From assembly GCA_044356295.1 (NCBI GenBank), contig JBIKWN010000014.1:1-49534 (forward strand): 49,534 nt of DNA, in the 5' to 3' direction. A program made the position numbers and the translations under genes. Origin of the DNA: Bdellovibrionota bacterium. Lineage in GTDB: Bacteria; Bdellovibrionota_C; UBA2361; JBIKWN01. Positions 38,996 to 47,951 of this stretch are shown here, one piece after another. The notes under the pieces are model-generated. The model made no database searches and had not been told where the DNA came from. It saw only the letters and a program-made list of their open reading frames with translations. The first letter of the stretch is position 1, and every line of letters starts with the position of its first letter.

Positions 38996-40186
38996 ATGAA
39001 GAGTATTTCAGCGGCTCTATTTGAAAAGATACATGGGTCGAATCTGATCTATAATTGTTGTTGGGAAGACCCTCGAATAGATAGAGAAGTTTTAAAACTC
39101 GATCAATCTTCAAATGTACTAGTAATAACTTCTGCTGGCTGCAATGCGCTCGACTACCTTCTTGCTGGTTCAGGAATGGTCAATGCGGTCGATATGAATT
39201 TCAGACAAAATGCCCTGCTTGAATTAAAAGTCGCAGCTGCAAGAGCTCTTGATTACGATGAATACTTTTCAATGTTTGGATACGGAGTATTACCGTTTCC
39301 GGATAAAACATTTCGTTCAAAGCTTAGACCGCTTCTGACTGAACAGAGCCAAAGCTTTTGGGATAAACATATGTACTTCTTCAATGCAAAGGGGTTAAGA
39401 AACTCTTTGTATTATCACGGCACTTCAGGACTTGTTGCTCGCTGCATGAAACTCTATATCGATCATTTCATCGATGCCAAATCGATCTGCCAAGACCTTC
39501 TCGATGCAAAAGATCTAAAAACGCAACAAGAGATATACTATAAAAGATTAAAGCCAAAGCTTTGGAGTTTTTTGCTTCGTTGGGTTTCAAATCGAACAAC
39601 AGTCATGGCATTTCTTGGTGTGCCAAAAGCTCAAATTGAACAGGTGCAAAAATATCATCCTCGCGGGATGGCAGGGTTTATTGAAGATTGTATTGATAAA
39701 GTTTTTGGCGAACTTCCAATTCAAGATAATTATTTTTGGAGAGTCTATCTTCAAGGTCACTATGAACCAGATTGCTGCCCTGAGTACCTAACCAAAGCTG
39801 GTCACGCTTTCATTAAAGAGACGGGATGGCAGCGCCTTACGATTAACACATCAACGATTCGTAAGTTTCTCGAAAAACAACCAGACAATAGTTTTTCACA
39901 TTTTGTTCTTCTGGATCATATGGATTGGCTCTATAGCAATCTAAAAGAGGAGCTCCGATCTGAATGGGGGGAAATTCTTCGAGTTGCAGATACAAATGCA
40001 CGTGTCATTTTTAGATCCGGAGGATATAAAGTTGAATATTTAGACCCAATGGTAATTGAATCAGTTACTGGTAACTTTAACCTAGGAAGTAAATTAAAAT
40101 ATGAATCTGAACTTGCTAATCAACTTCATAAAATAGATCGAGTGCACACCTATGGATCATTCTATGTTGCAGAAATTACACCGTAA
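38996..40186 (+). CDS. btaA: S-adenosylmethionine:diacylglycerol 3-amino-3-carboxypropyl transferase BtaA (DUF3419)
   Basis: LIYNCCWEDPRID, ITSAGCNAL.Y, VDMN..QNALLELK, DNYFW, LLDHMDW, DRVHTYGSF. Confidence 0.9.
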   Translation: MKSISAALFEKIHGSNLIYNCCWEDPRIDREVLKLDQSSNVLVITSAGCNALDYLLAGSGMVNAVDMNFRQNALLELKVAAARALDYDEYFSMFGYGVLPFPDKTFRSKLRPLLTEQSQSFWDKHMYFFNAKGLRNSLYYHGTSGLVARCMKLYIDHFIDAKSICQDLLDAKDLKTQQEIYYKRLKPKLWSFLLRWVSNRTTVMAFLGVPKAQIEQVQKYHPRGMAGFIEDCIDKVFGELPIQDNYFWRVYLQGHYEPDCCPEYLTKAGHAFIKETGWQRLTINTSTIRKFLEKQPDNSFSHFVLLDHMDWLYSNLKEELRSEWGEILRVADTNARVIFRSGGYKVEYLDPMVIESVTGNFNLGSKLKYESELANQLHKIDRVHTYGSFYVAEITP

Positions 40187-40207
40187 AACTTTTTTATCGT
40201 AACAAAG

Positions 40208-40960
40208 GTGACTTTGATGACACTCCATCGATTGATTCAAGATTTACCGGTACTCTTTGAAATTGCAAAGCCAACAAAGAAAACAGGAAACCTTACAAAT
40301 CAACTCGATGCGCGTTATCAGGGTCAATCAAGGCAATATGATTCTTTTAGGGGACGCCTCTTGTACGGGCGTGAGCAATTACTTGACTCAATTATTCCTG
40401 AAAATTTTTCAGGTCATTGGTTGGATATTGGTGGAGGCACAGGTTGGAACATTGAGTACGCACTGCCTAAGCTAAACAAAAATGCTCAAGTAACGCTTAT
40501 TGATCTTTGTACTCCTCTTTTGAATGTTGCCGAGGAACGGTTTCAATCATTAAATCACCCTGGACTATCAATTCGGAAAGATAATGCTTGTACTTTCAAG
40601 CTGAATAAAAAAGTAGATCTCATTACTTTCTCATACTCTTTGTCTATGATTCCAGACTGGTTTCAAGCAATTGAGAATGCAAAATCTCACTTAACTCAAG
40701 ATGGGATGATTGGGGTTGTTGATTTCTATAGACCCAGAAAAAACGAACAGCTAGAAAGTAATACCAAAATAGATTCCTGGTTAAATCGCTCTTTTATTCC
40801 ATGGTGGTTTAGCCATGATAATGTTTTCTTAAATCATGACCTTGTTCCTTTTTTACAGTATCATTTTAAAGTTCAAAATCTGAAAGTAAACACTGGTAAG
40901 ATTCCGTATACGCCACTAAAAGCGCCGTATTTTTATTTTTCTGGAAAGAATCACCAGTAA
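40208..40960 (+). CDS. btaB: Betaine lipid N-methyltransferase BtaB
   Basis: Y..Q...YD.FR.RLL.GRE, DIGGGTG.N, DLC.PLL, FSYSLSMIPDW, GVVDFY; adjacent to btaA. Confidence 0.88.
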   Translation: MTLMTLHRLIQDLPVLFEIAKPTKKTGNLTNQLDARYQGQSRQYDSFRGRLLYGREQLLDSIIPENFSGHWLDIGGGTGWNIEYALPKLNKNAQVTLIDLCTPLLNVAEERFQSLNHPGLSIRKDNACTFKLNKKVDLITFSYSLSMIPDWFQAIENAKSHLTQDGMIGVVDFYRPRKNEQLESNTKIDSWLNRSFIPWWFSHDNVFLNHDLVPFLQYHFKVQNLKVNTGKIPYTPLKAPYFYFSGKNHQ

Positions 40961-40990
40961 ATTCGAAATCTTATATACAGATATTGCTTT

Positions 40991-41005
40991 CGCAACTAGG
41001 TTGCG
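40991..41005. promoter_or_regulatory. Operator-like palindrome upstream of the TonB-dependent receptor (possible metalloregulator site)
   Basis: CGCAAC-TAG-GTTGCG, 6-3-6 inverted repeat 47 bp before the likely ATG at 41052. Confidence 0.45.
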
Positions 41006-41051
41006 TTATTTTCATTCAGGTAATTATTGTTTCTTCTATCAAGCGACATTC

Positions 41052-43100
41052 ATGTTTAAATATTATTTCTTAATACAGTCTTCATGCCTTTTTTGTACTC
41101 TAACTTTCTTACCATTTTCTGCCTTAGCGGAAGATGATGAAAAGCTTGATGAACTTGTCGTGTCAGCTTCACCAATAGCTCAATCAAGCCTTGATTCTGC
41201 GCAATCTGTGACAATCATTAATAAAGACCAGATCCTAACCTCAAATAACAGCTCGCTTGGAGCAACGCTTCAAAATGAATTAGGAGTAACTTCAACTTCG
41301 TTTTCTCAAGGTGCATCAAGACCAGTCATACGTGGTCTTGGCGGAGATAGAGTTCGAATTCTAGAAAACGGTATTGGAACAAATGATGTTTCTAACTCAT
41401 CACCCGATCATCCCGTCTCAACTGAAACATTAAACGCAAGTAAAATTGAAATCGTTAGAGGTCCAGCCGCTCTCATGTTTGGAACTACTGCTGTAGGAGG
41501 AGTTGTAAACGTTTTAAACAATCGTATTGCAACATCATTGCCTGAATCTATCGTTGAGGGAGATCTGCAACTCCGTTCAGGTACTGTTGATAAAGAACGA
41601 ACTATGGCTTCTTCGGTAACAACTGCGATCGACAACGTTGCTGTTCACCTAGAAGCATCTGCCAGAAAATCAGATGATTACAAGATTCCCGGATTTGCTC
41701 GAACAAATGCCAAGCGCGAAGAAGCGACTCTTGAATTCCCAGAGCCAAATGGAACGCTCTCCTTCAGCCAGAATCAATCAACGAATGTTGCTCTAGGAAC
41801 CTCCTATATATTTAATTCAGGCTATATTGGTATCGCTGGAAGTCTCCTCAATAATGATTACGGAGTTCCTAATGGAGAAGAAAATATTTCGATTGATTCA
41901 CGAACACCACGCTTAGAGTTACGAGGAAAACTCAATGACCCTATGCCTTACTTTGAGTCCGTTTTTCTTAATGCAGGGATTTCAAACTATCAACATACAG
42001 AATTTGAAGGCGAAGAAGTTGGTACAGTTTTTAAAAACAAAGCATCAGATAGTCGAGTCGAGCTAAAGCATCAACCATTATTTGGTAAAGTTTCTGGTGT
42101 GCTTGGATTTCAAGGTCAAACATCTCGTTTTTCAGCGTTAGGAGAAGAAGCGTATCAACCAGAGACCGATACGAATATTGGTTCAGTTTTTCTTTTTGAA
42201 GAGGTTCCTGTATCTGAACAAATTAAATTTCAGGCAGGACTTCGGTCAGATAATCAATCAACTGATGCGGTAGGTTATAAAGGGTTAGGAAGTGATTCTC
42301 TGCAAAATATCTCAAGAGACTTCAACACATTCAGTCAATCATCAGGGCTGGTGTACACGCCAGTTAAAAACTATTCATTAGCTCTTTCATTAGCCAGAAC
42401 AGAGCGAGCCCCCGTTGGACAAGAACTGTTTGCGAATGGTCCCCATATTGCTACTGGAGCATTTGAGATAGGAAACCCTGATCTCAATCCAGAACGATCA
42501 GTTGGAGTTGATCTTACAGCGCGAAAAGCTGATGGATTTGTTTCGGGTTCAATCGGTGGTTTTATGAATCGATTTACTGATTATATTGGACTCAATCCTA
42601 ATGGCCTTATCGAAGATGACTTACCTGTCTATAATTTTGAATCTCAAAACGCTACCTTCTACGGAATTGAGTCTCAAGTAGCATTTCATTTTCTTGGTCA
42701 AAATGATGTACAAAAAGCTTCCAACGATCTTACTTGGTTTTCACAACAAGACTGGGTATGGGCTAAAGATCGAGATACCGATGAAGCGCTTCCTCGAATT
42801 CCTCCTTTTCGTGTAAAAACTGGTATTCGATATCAGAGAGAGAACACAGGTGCTCAAATAGATATCATGCATGCCTTTGCTCAAAATAGAACCGTAGATT
42901 TTGAAACAGATACTTCCGCATATACTTTTCTAAATGCTCAGATTACTCATGACTTAGAAATTCAGTCTCATTCAGTTGAACTCTTTGTTCGTGGTGAAAA
43001 TCTTTTGAACGACGAAGCAAGAAATCATGTTTCCTTCATAAAGGATCTCGCACCGCTTCCTGGTCGCAATATTATGGGTGGGCTTAGATTTAACTTTTAG
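41052..43100 (+). CDS. TonB-dependent outer membrane receptor (ZnuD-like family)
   Basis: Signal peptide, TonB box DELVVSA, plug motifs ASRPVIRG and IEIVRGPAALMFG, C-terminal NLLN..ARNHVSF...PGRN...GLRFNF; ATG 41052 preferred over TTG 41001. Confidence 0.93.
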   Translation: MFKYYFLIQSSCLFCTLTFLPFSALAEDDEKLDELVVSASPIAQSSLDSAQSVTIINKDQILTSNNSSLGATLQNELGVTSTSFSQGASRPVIRGLGGDRVRILENGIGTNDVSNSSPDHPVSTETLNASKIEIVRGPAALMFGTTAVGGVVNVLNNRIATSLPESIVEGDLQLRSGTVDKERTMASSVTTAIDNVAVHLEASARKSDDYKIPGFARTNAKREEATLEFPEPNGTLSFSQNQSTNVALGTSYIFNSGYIGIAGSLLNNDYGVPNGEENISIDSRTPRLELRGKLNDPMPYFESVFLNAGISNYQHTEFEGEEVGTVFKNKASDSRVELKHQPLFGKVSGVLGFQGQTSRFSALGEEAYQPETDTNIGSVFLFEEVPVSEQIKFQAGLRSDNQSTDAVGYKGLGSDSLQNISRDFNTFSQSSGLVYTPVKNYSLALSLARTERAPVGQELFANGPHIATGAFEIGNPDLNPERSVGVDLTARKADGFVSGSIGGFMNRFTDYIGLNPNGLIEDDLPVYNFESQNATFYGIESQVAFHFLGQNDVQKASNDLTWFSQQDWVWAKDRDTDEALPRIPPFRVKTGIRYQRENTGAQIDIMHAFAQNRTVDFETDTSAYTFLNAQITHDLEIQSHSVELFVRGENLLNDEARNHVSFIKDLAPLPGRNIMGGLRFNF

Positions 43101-43231
43101 TGACTTATGAGTATTTAAACAGCGATAAGAAAAATTTCTCTTTAGTTGTTGAATATAACCTATTGATATTATTAACTTCTTGAATTCGTCTTTCTTGCCT
43201 GAATTCTCGACCTCGCGTATCCTATTAACCT

Positions 43232-44131
43232 ATGTCACAAAAGCGCTGGGAAGCAGTAAATATCCTCAAACAAAGTTTATTCTTTTTGATTCATCTTGGT
43301 TGTTTAGCAGTTATATGGGTTGGTTTTAGTTGGACCGCTTTTGCTATCTGTTTTGGACTCTACGTAGTTCGCATGTTTGGTATTACTGGTGCCTATCATA
43401 GATATTTTTCACACCGTAGTTATCAAACTTCTCGGTGGTTCCAGTTTTGTCTTGCTTTCCTTGGCTGTTCAGCTGCACAGAAAGGTCCTTTATGGTGGGC
43501 GTCTCACCATCGTCATCACCACAAACACTCTGATACCGAAGAAGATATTCACTCACCAGGAATTAGTGGGCTTTGGTGGTCGCACGTAGGTTGGGTTCTT
43601 TCCGCTGATTATCTTCAATACGATAAAAATCTTATTAAAGACTTTACAAAATACCCAGAGATTCGTTGGATCGATGAAAATCACTTTATAGCTCCGCTTG
43701 CACTAATTGCTGCACTTTTTGGTTTAGGTTTTTATCTTCAAGCGTTTCATCCAGGACTTGGTACAACTCCTATGCAGATTTTCATCTGGGGATTCTGTGT
43801 CAGCACTTCTTTTCTTTATCACGGAACTTTTGTAATTAACTCTTTAACCCATATGTGGGGAACAAGAAGGTTTAATACTTCTGATGAAAGCAGAAACAGC
43901 TTTATCCTTGCAATAATTACTCTTGGAGAAGGATGGCATAATAATCATCACCGATATCCTGGTTCAGAAAGACAAGGGATGTATTGGTGGGAGATTGATA
44001 TTTCGCATTATACATTAAGATTTCTAAGTCTTTTTGGATTAGTTTGGGATATTCGAACTCATCCTGAACGCCTCTATGAAGAAGCTATCTCACTTGAAGC
44101 TACTCCAGCAACGAATGCCGTCACCAACTAA
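43232..44131 (+). CDS. Delta-9-type acyl-CoA/acyl-lipid desaturase
   Basis: Three His boxes HRYFSH, HRHHH and HNNHH, plus NSLTH. Confidence 0.95.
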   Translation: MSQKRWEAVNILKQSLFFLIHLGCLAVIWVGFSWTAFAICFGLYVVRMFGITGAYHRYFSHRSYQTSRWFQFCLAFLGCSAAQKGPLWWASHHRHHHKHSDTEEDIHSPGISGLWWSHVGWVLSADYLQYDKNLIKDFTKYPEIRWIDENHFIAPLALIAALFGLGFYLQAFHPGLGTTPMQIFIWGFCVSTSFLYHGTFVINSLTHMWGTRRFNTSDESRNSFILAIITLGEGWHNNHHRYPGSERQGMYWWEIDISHYTLRFLSLFGLVWDIRTHPERLYEEAISLEATPATNAVTN

Positions 44132-44194
44132 AGAAGATAATTGTTCTTCTATTTATAGTGCAGAATAAAGTGTAGTTAGCTACACTTTGTTGGT

Positions 44195-45304
44195 ATGCAT
44201 AAATTAAGAGTTGGTATCCTCTTTGGTGGAAGGTCTGCAGAACATGAAGTCTCTCTTTTGTCTGCTAAAAATGTAATTCAAGCTTTAGACAGAGATAAAT
44301 ACGATCCGGTACTTATTGGCATTGATAAACAAGGAGGATGGCATTTACAAAAAGATGCTGAATACCTTTTAAATGCTGATGATCCAAAAAGAATTGCTCT
44401 TTCCCCTGCAATGAGTACCCTTACAATTACCCCTTCTAAAACATCAGGCGCTATTTCCCCAGAAAACTTGCCTCTCGGATCAATGAGTTCTTTTAAAGCA
44501 ATCGATGTAATCTTTCCGGTACTTCATGGAACAAACGGTGAGGATGGAACTGTTCAAGGACTTTTAAAACTTCTTGATATACCTTTTGTGGGAGCAAGCA
44601 TACTGGGCTCAAGTGTTGGAATGGATAAAGATGTGATGAAGCGTTTGCTTCGTGATTCTGGTATTCCGATTGGGAAGTTTAGAACACTTTACCGTGAGTC
44701 AGACATTCAACCATCATATAAAGATCTAACAAAAGAATTAGGTGATATTCTTTTTATTAAACCTGCCAATGCAGGCTCTAGTGTTGGAGTTTCAAAAGTA
44801 AGAAATGAAAATGAATTTATTAACGCAATGACTGAAGCTTTTCGTTTCGACAGGAAAATTTTAGTTGAAGAATTCATCAAAGGTCGAGAGATTGAATGCG
44901 CAGTATTAGGAAACTTTAATCCTATCGTTTCAGTCCCTGGTGAAATCATTCCTTCTCATGATTTTTATTCATACGATGCTAAATATATCGATGCCAATGG
45001 AGCACGCCCTGAAATTCCAGCAAAACTTTCAGCAGAAACTTCTGAACGAGTGAGAGAAATCGCTTTAAAAACATTCAAAGCACTTGAATGTGAGGGAATG
45101 GGTCGGGTGGATGTATTTGTTACAGAGAACGAAGAGATATTTGTTATCGAAATAAATACTATTCCAGGATTTACAAAAATTAGTATGTATCCAAAGTTAT
45201 TTGAAGCATCCGGAATCGGTTATTCAGAGCTTCTTGATAGGCTGATACATCTTGCGATTGAAAGACATACTGAAGAGAAAAAGTCACAAACAAGCGCGAA
45301 TTAG
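44195..45304 (+). CDS. ddl: D-alanine--D-alanine ligase (DdlA-like)
   Basis: GGRSAEHEVSL, HGTNGEDG, KPANAGSSVG, FYSYDAKY, EINTIPGFT. Confidence 0.96.
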   Translation: MHKLRVGILFGGRSAEHEVSLLSAKNVIQALDRDKYDPVLIGIDKQGGWHLQKDAEYLLNADDPKRIALSPAMSTLTITPSKTSGAISPENLPLGSMSSFKAIDVIFPVLHGTNGEDGTVQGLLKLLDIPFVGASILGSSVGMDKDVMKRLLRDSGIPIGKFRTLYRESDIQPSYKDLTKELGDILFIKPANAGSSVGVSKVRNENEFINAMTEAFRFDRKILVEEFIKGREIECAVLGNFNPIVSVPGEIIPSHDFYSYDAKYIDANGARPEIPAKLSAETSERVREIALKTFKALECEGMGRVDVFVTENEEIFVIEINTIPGFTKISMYPKLFEASGIGYSELLDRLIHLAIERHTEEKKSQTSAN

Positions 45305-45328
45305 TTACCTAAAAATTTTCTCGGCAAC

Positions 45329-45994
45329 TCATTGGTATAGCTTTTTCTTTTTGACATAACTTAGTACTTTTTTATCTAGTGAGTTATGTAACAGCTCTGT
45401 ATCACCTGTATGAAGCGCTGTTCTAATTAATGTGGCAGCGATTATCTGATATGACTTGGCAAGATCTTTCGGGATTATTTTAGTTAGGACTTTCGTTGAG
45501 AGCTCTGGCCCAAGTTGGGCACATGCTTCTTTCACAGATTGATTTCGCGGGAAAACAATAAATCCATCAAGCAATTCTGAAAGTTCCTCAACTCGATGCC
45601 ATCTAGGAAGTCCAAGAGCTGCGTCTACTCCAAGAATAAAAAAGAGTTTAGTGCCGACCGGGAGGAGCGTTCGTAGTTTTAAAATTGTTTCATACGTATA
45701 CGAAAGGTCAGATGAATTGATTTCAATATCAGAATAAAAAATATGTGCTAAGTCTTCAACGGCAAGCTCAATCATCGCCATTCGATCGTTATCTGAAGCA
45801 TTTGGAAGATCTAACTTATGAGGATTTTGTTTTGCTGGGATAATGACAACATCTTGTACAAGAGAACTTTCAATAACAGCGCGAGCTAACTCAATGTGAG
45901 CTCGTTGAATTGGGTCAAAGGTGCCACCTAAAATTCCAATTGAGTCTCCAAGCTCGGTCCAATTATTGATAATTTTTTTTCCTGACTGATTCAC
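45329..45994 (-). CDS. nadD: Nicotinate-nucleotide adenylyltransferase NadD-like
   Basis: GILGGTFDPI..AH, NPHK, SYT..T, FILG.D....L.RW, Y.KKK.LY; HxGH motif is degenerate. Confidence 0.85.
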   Translation of the reverse strand: MNQSGKKIINNWTELGDSIGILGGTFDPIQRAHIELARAVIESSLVQDVVIIPAKQNPHKLDLPNASDNDRMAMIELAVEDLAHIFYSDIEINSSDLSYTYETILKLRTLLPVGTKLFFILGVDAALGLPRWHRVEELSELLDGFIVFPRNQSVKEACAQLGPELSTKVLTKIIPKDLAKSYQIIAATLIRTALHTGDTELLHNSLDKKVLSYVKKKKLYQ

Positions 45995-46337
45995 TGGTTA
46001 TTGAATATAGCGAGAAGTTCGAGAAGTAGCTAATGAGAGATTGTACGTAAGTACGAAACCAGGAATCTTGAATAGATCTAAGAAGATAGACAACAGCAAA
46101 CACCCCTAATGTATTTATAATTCTTACTAGCTCGAAAGAGCCCTCTTAGCAGCGCCTATTAACGATTTCACAATACTTTGAATTCCTTTCTTCACTTGTT
46201 TGATTCAAACGATACTCGAAAGTGATCCAAGAAATAAGATTACCCCCCACTCACCTAATACCCTTCTTCGTTTTTCATAAGAAGCATTTTATTTTGTATA
46301 ACCAACTATTCGGACAAGCATGCTCAAAAGTTGTTTT

Positions 46338-46415
46338 GGACTTGGATAATAATTATTAAACGCGCTTGGTCAAATATTAGAAATTTGGGTCGTATAACAA
46401 TTATTATCCAAGTCC
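46338..46415. repeat. 78-bp element bounded by a perfect 17-bp inverted repeat (MITE-like or transposon-end remnant)
   Basis: GGACTTGGATAATAATT (46338-46354) / AATTATTATCCAAGTCC (46399-46415); related copy GGACTGGGATAAGAAGTTATT at 46475-46495. Confidence 0.7.
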
Positions 46416-46669
46416 GGAGCACAAATTAAACTTGTAGCTATTTGAATTTATTAGAAGTTCTTATTCTTATCCATGGACTGGGATAAGAAGTTATTTTTTG
46501 ATTAGTTGATTAGCGAGGCGGTTTTGTTAGGCTGTAGACTAATATGTTATCTGCTTAAGTCACTAGCAAGATAAATTTAGACATAACTTTGAAAAGATTA
46601 CTATTTCTGCACTGAGTGACTTGGTTGCTGACTGGAGAAGTAGATTGAAGGTTTGCGTCCGAGTTTGAG

Positions 46670-46709
46670 CAGTTGTCCTTCAAAGGAGTGAAGCTTTGAA
46701 GGACAACTG
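46670..46709. repeat. Perfect 16-bp hairpin upstream of the cassette ORF
   Basis: CAGTTGTCCTTCAAAG-GAGTGAAG-CTTTGAAGGACAACTG. Confidence 0.8.
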
Positions 46710-46727
46710 TCCATAGAGTTAAAAGAT

Positions 46728-47042
46728 ATGGTTGAACTTGGAATGAAATCGGAAATTTTCGGCGCTGAACTGCTCGTTCCCATCACCTTGGGTTTCGGTC
46801 AGAAGGATATCGCAACTGGGCGACCGATCCGCATGCCTGAGGTCCCGCAAGGCCATAAGGTTATCTGCGGATTCGATCAGGGGCTCGGTGAGCGGATGAT
46901 CGTCTGCGAGAGTCTCGATGAGATGCAGCAGCTGTGGGACGCTTACGCTAAGGGGTTTGCTTTGCATATTCACTGGTACCACGGCGAAGACCCTGGATTC
47001 ATCACGATCATCACTGGTGGTCAAGAAGAACAACAGGGCTAA
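46728..47042 (+). CDS. Hypothetical protein (probable integron cassette gene)
   Basis: 104-aa ORF, visibly more GC-rich than flanking genes, followed by an attC site. Confidence 0.6.
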   Translation: MVELGMKSEIFGAELLVPITLGFGQKDIATGRPIRMPEVPQGHKVICGFDQGLGERMIVCESLDEMQQLWDAYAKGFALHIHWYHGEDPGFITIITGGQEEQQG

Positions 47043-47133
47043 CACGGGAAAAGAAGCAGTTCATCAGCCATAGGTTTTTCCTTTGGTCATACTGAATCTG
47101 CTTCTCCCAACTTTCTTAAATCCACGCCATCGC

Positions 47134-47230
47134 AGATAACAAAACGATCGAGTAAGATTTTGCACCATGAAATTCAACGGTTAGACTAAGTATCGGTTTG
47201 GTGCAAAACTTCTCATCGTAAACGTTATCC
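47134..47230 (+). mobile_element. Integron attC site 1 (97 bp)
   Basis: R'' AGATAAC, 5-bp spacer AAAAC, GAT(C)GAG(T)AAG(A)TTTTGCACCA pairing with TGGTGCAAAA-CTT-CTC-ATC, 6-bp spacer GTAAAC, R' GTTATCC; unpaired C at the usual L'' position. Confidence 0.85.
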
Positions 47231-47237
47231 ACTTAAG

Positions 47238-47516
47238 TTAAGCAGCCAATTTTTTCTTTAACAGTTTTAGTTCTTTCTCCATTCTATCAAGTCTATCATC
47301 CGATTTTGTGTTCTCGGATAAGCTCTCTTGAAGCGTGCGATTTAGCAGTCTCTGATAAGGGATACCGGTTTTTGCTGAGGTTGATTTAAGTTTCTTAAGC
47401 GTATCAGCATCGATATTAATCGTAATTTTAATACTTTTCTGCTTTCCCATTTCATCACGGATACGCTTAGTTTCTTTGGCGTCGTATTTGAGATTTTTAA
47501 TGTTTATTTTTTTCAT
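47238..47516 (-). CDS. BrnA/CopG-like antitoxin
   Basis: KITINID...L..LK......GIPYQRLLN..L ribbon-helix-helix pattern; overlaps the end of the toxin gene. Confidence 0.85.
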   Translation of the reverse strand: MKKINIKNLKYDAKETKRIRDEMGKQKSIKITINIDADTLKKLKSTSAKTGIPYQRLLNRTLQESLSENTKSDDRLDRMEKELKLLKKKLAA

Positions 47517-47775
47517 AATACATACTCTTAAAGTCTCTTAGTTCAGCAGAGCCAATAATTCTTATATTACCATCTCTTTTAGTATACCAAGTAGTCAAAA
47601 TTTTCCCTGACGAAGATTTACCAGTCCAGTAAAAGCGTCTCTCAGATTGAGAATGCTTTTCATCTCTCAACGTAAATCCAAGTGGGTCTGCAAAAGATTC
47701 AGCCGCTTCAGAAAAACTGACTTTATGCTTCCTAAGGTTGGACTTAGCTTTTGATGAATCCCATTCAAATTCCAT
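47497..47775 (-). CDS. brnT: BrnT family ribonuclease toxin
   Basis: MEFEWD..KA..NL.KH.VSF.EA...F.DP, HS..ERR, IRII. Confidence 0.92.
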   Translation of the reverse strand: MEFEWDSSKAKSNLRKHKVSFSEAAESFADPLGFTLRDEKHSQSERRFYWTGKSSSGKILTTWYTKRDGNIRIIGSAELRDFKSMYYEKNKH

Positions 47776-47853
47776 TTCAAGGATTTACCATACCTATATG
47801 TATAATACCATATTTAATGATTATCCTGAAACAAAATTTAAGCCCTTATCCAT

Positions 47854-47951
47854 GGACTACAAAGAAATCCACCAGCTTTTACACCCACTTAACTAATTGG
47901 TTTGATTAAGGGTACTATTGGGGGTAAAACTGGTGATTTAAAACGTTATAC
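47854..47951 (+). mobile_element. Integron attC site 2 (98 bp) with degenerate R'' box
   Basis: GGACTAC-AAAGA-AATC(C)ACCAG(C)TTTTAC(A)CCC pairing with GGG-GTAAAA-CTGGT-GATT, spacer TAAAAC, R' GTTATAC; AAC triplet reads TAC. Confidence 0.75.

Noticed and set aside
76..44949. Many 60-140 aa alternative-frame or antisense ORFs inside long genes (e.g. 76-306, 2002-2316, 12255-12680, 14542-14919, 35784-36152)
   Set aside because: They lie wholly within well-supported genes, lack motifs and look like shadow ORFs.
45995..46545. Possible integron integrase or its remnant upstream of the first cassette
   Set aside because: No ORF of 60 aa or more and no tyrosine-recombinase motifs in the frames I read; the region looks non-coding.
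46526..46552. GTTAGGC and GTTATCT as an attI site
   Set aside because: R-type core boxes are present but I could not identify an L box or an adjacent intI, so it was not called as a feature.
46719..47045. 108-aa minus-strand ORF mirroring the 104-aa plus-strand ORF
   Set aside because: The plus-strand ORF has an ATG start and matches the attC orientation; the mirror ORF is the more likely shadow, though not excluded.
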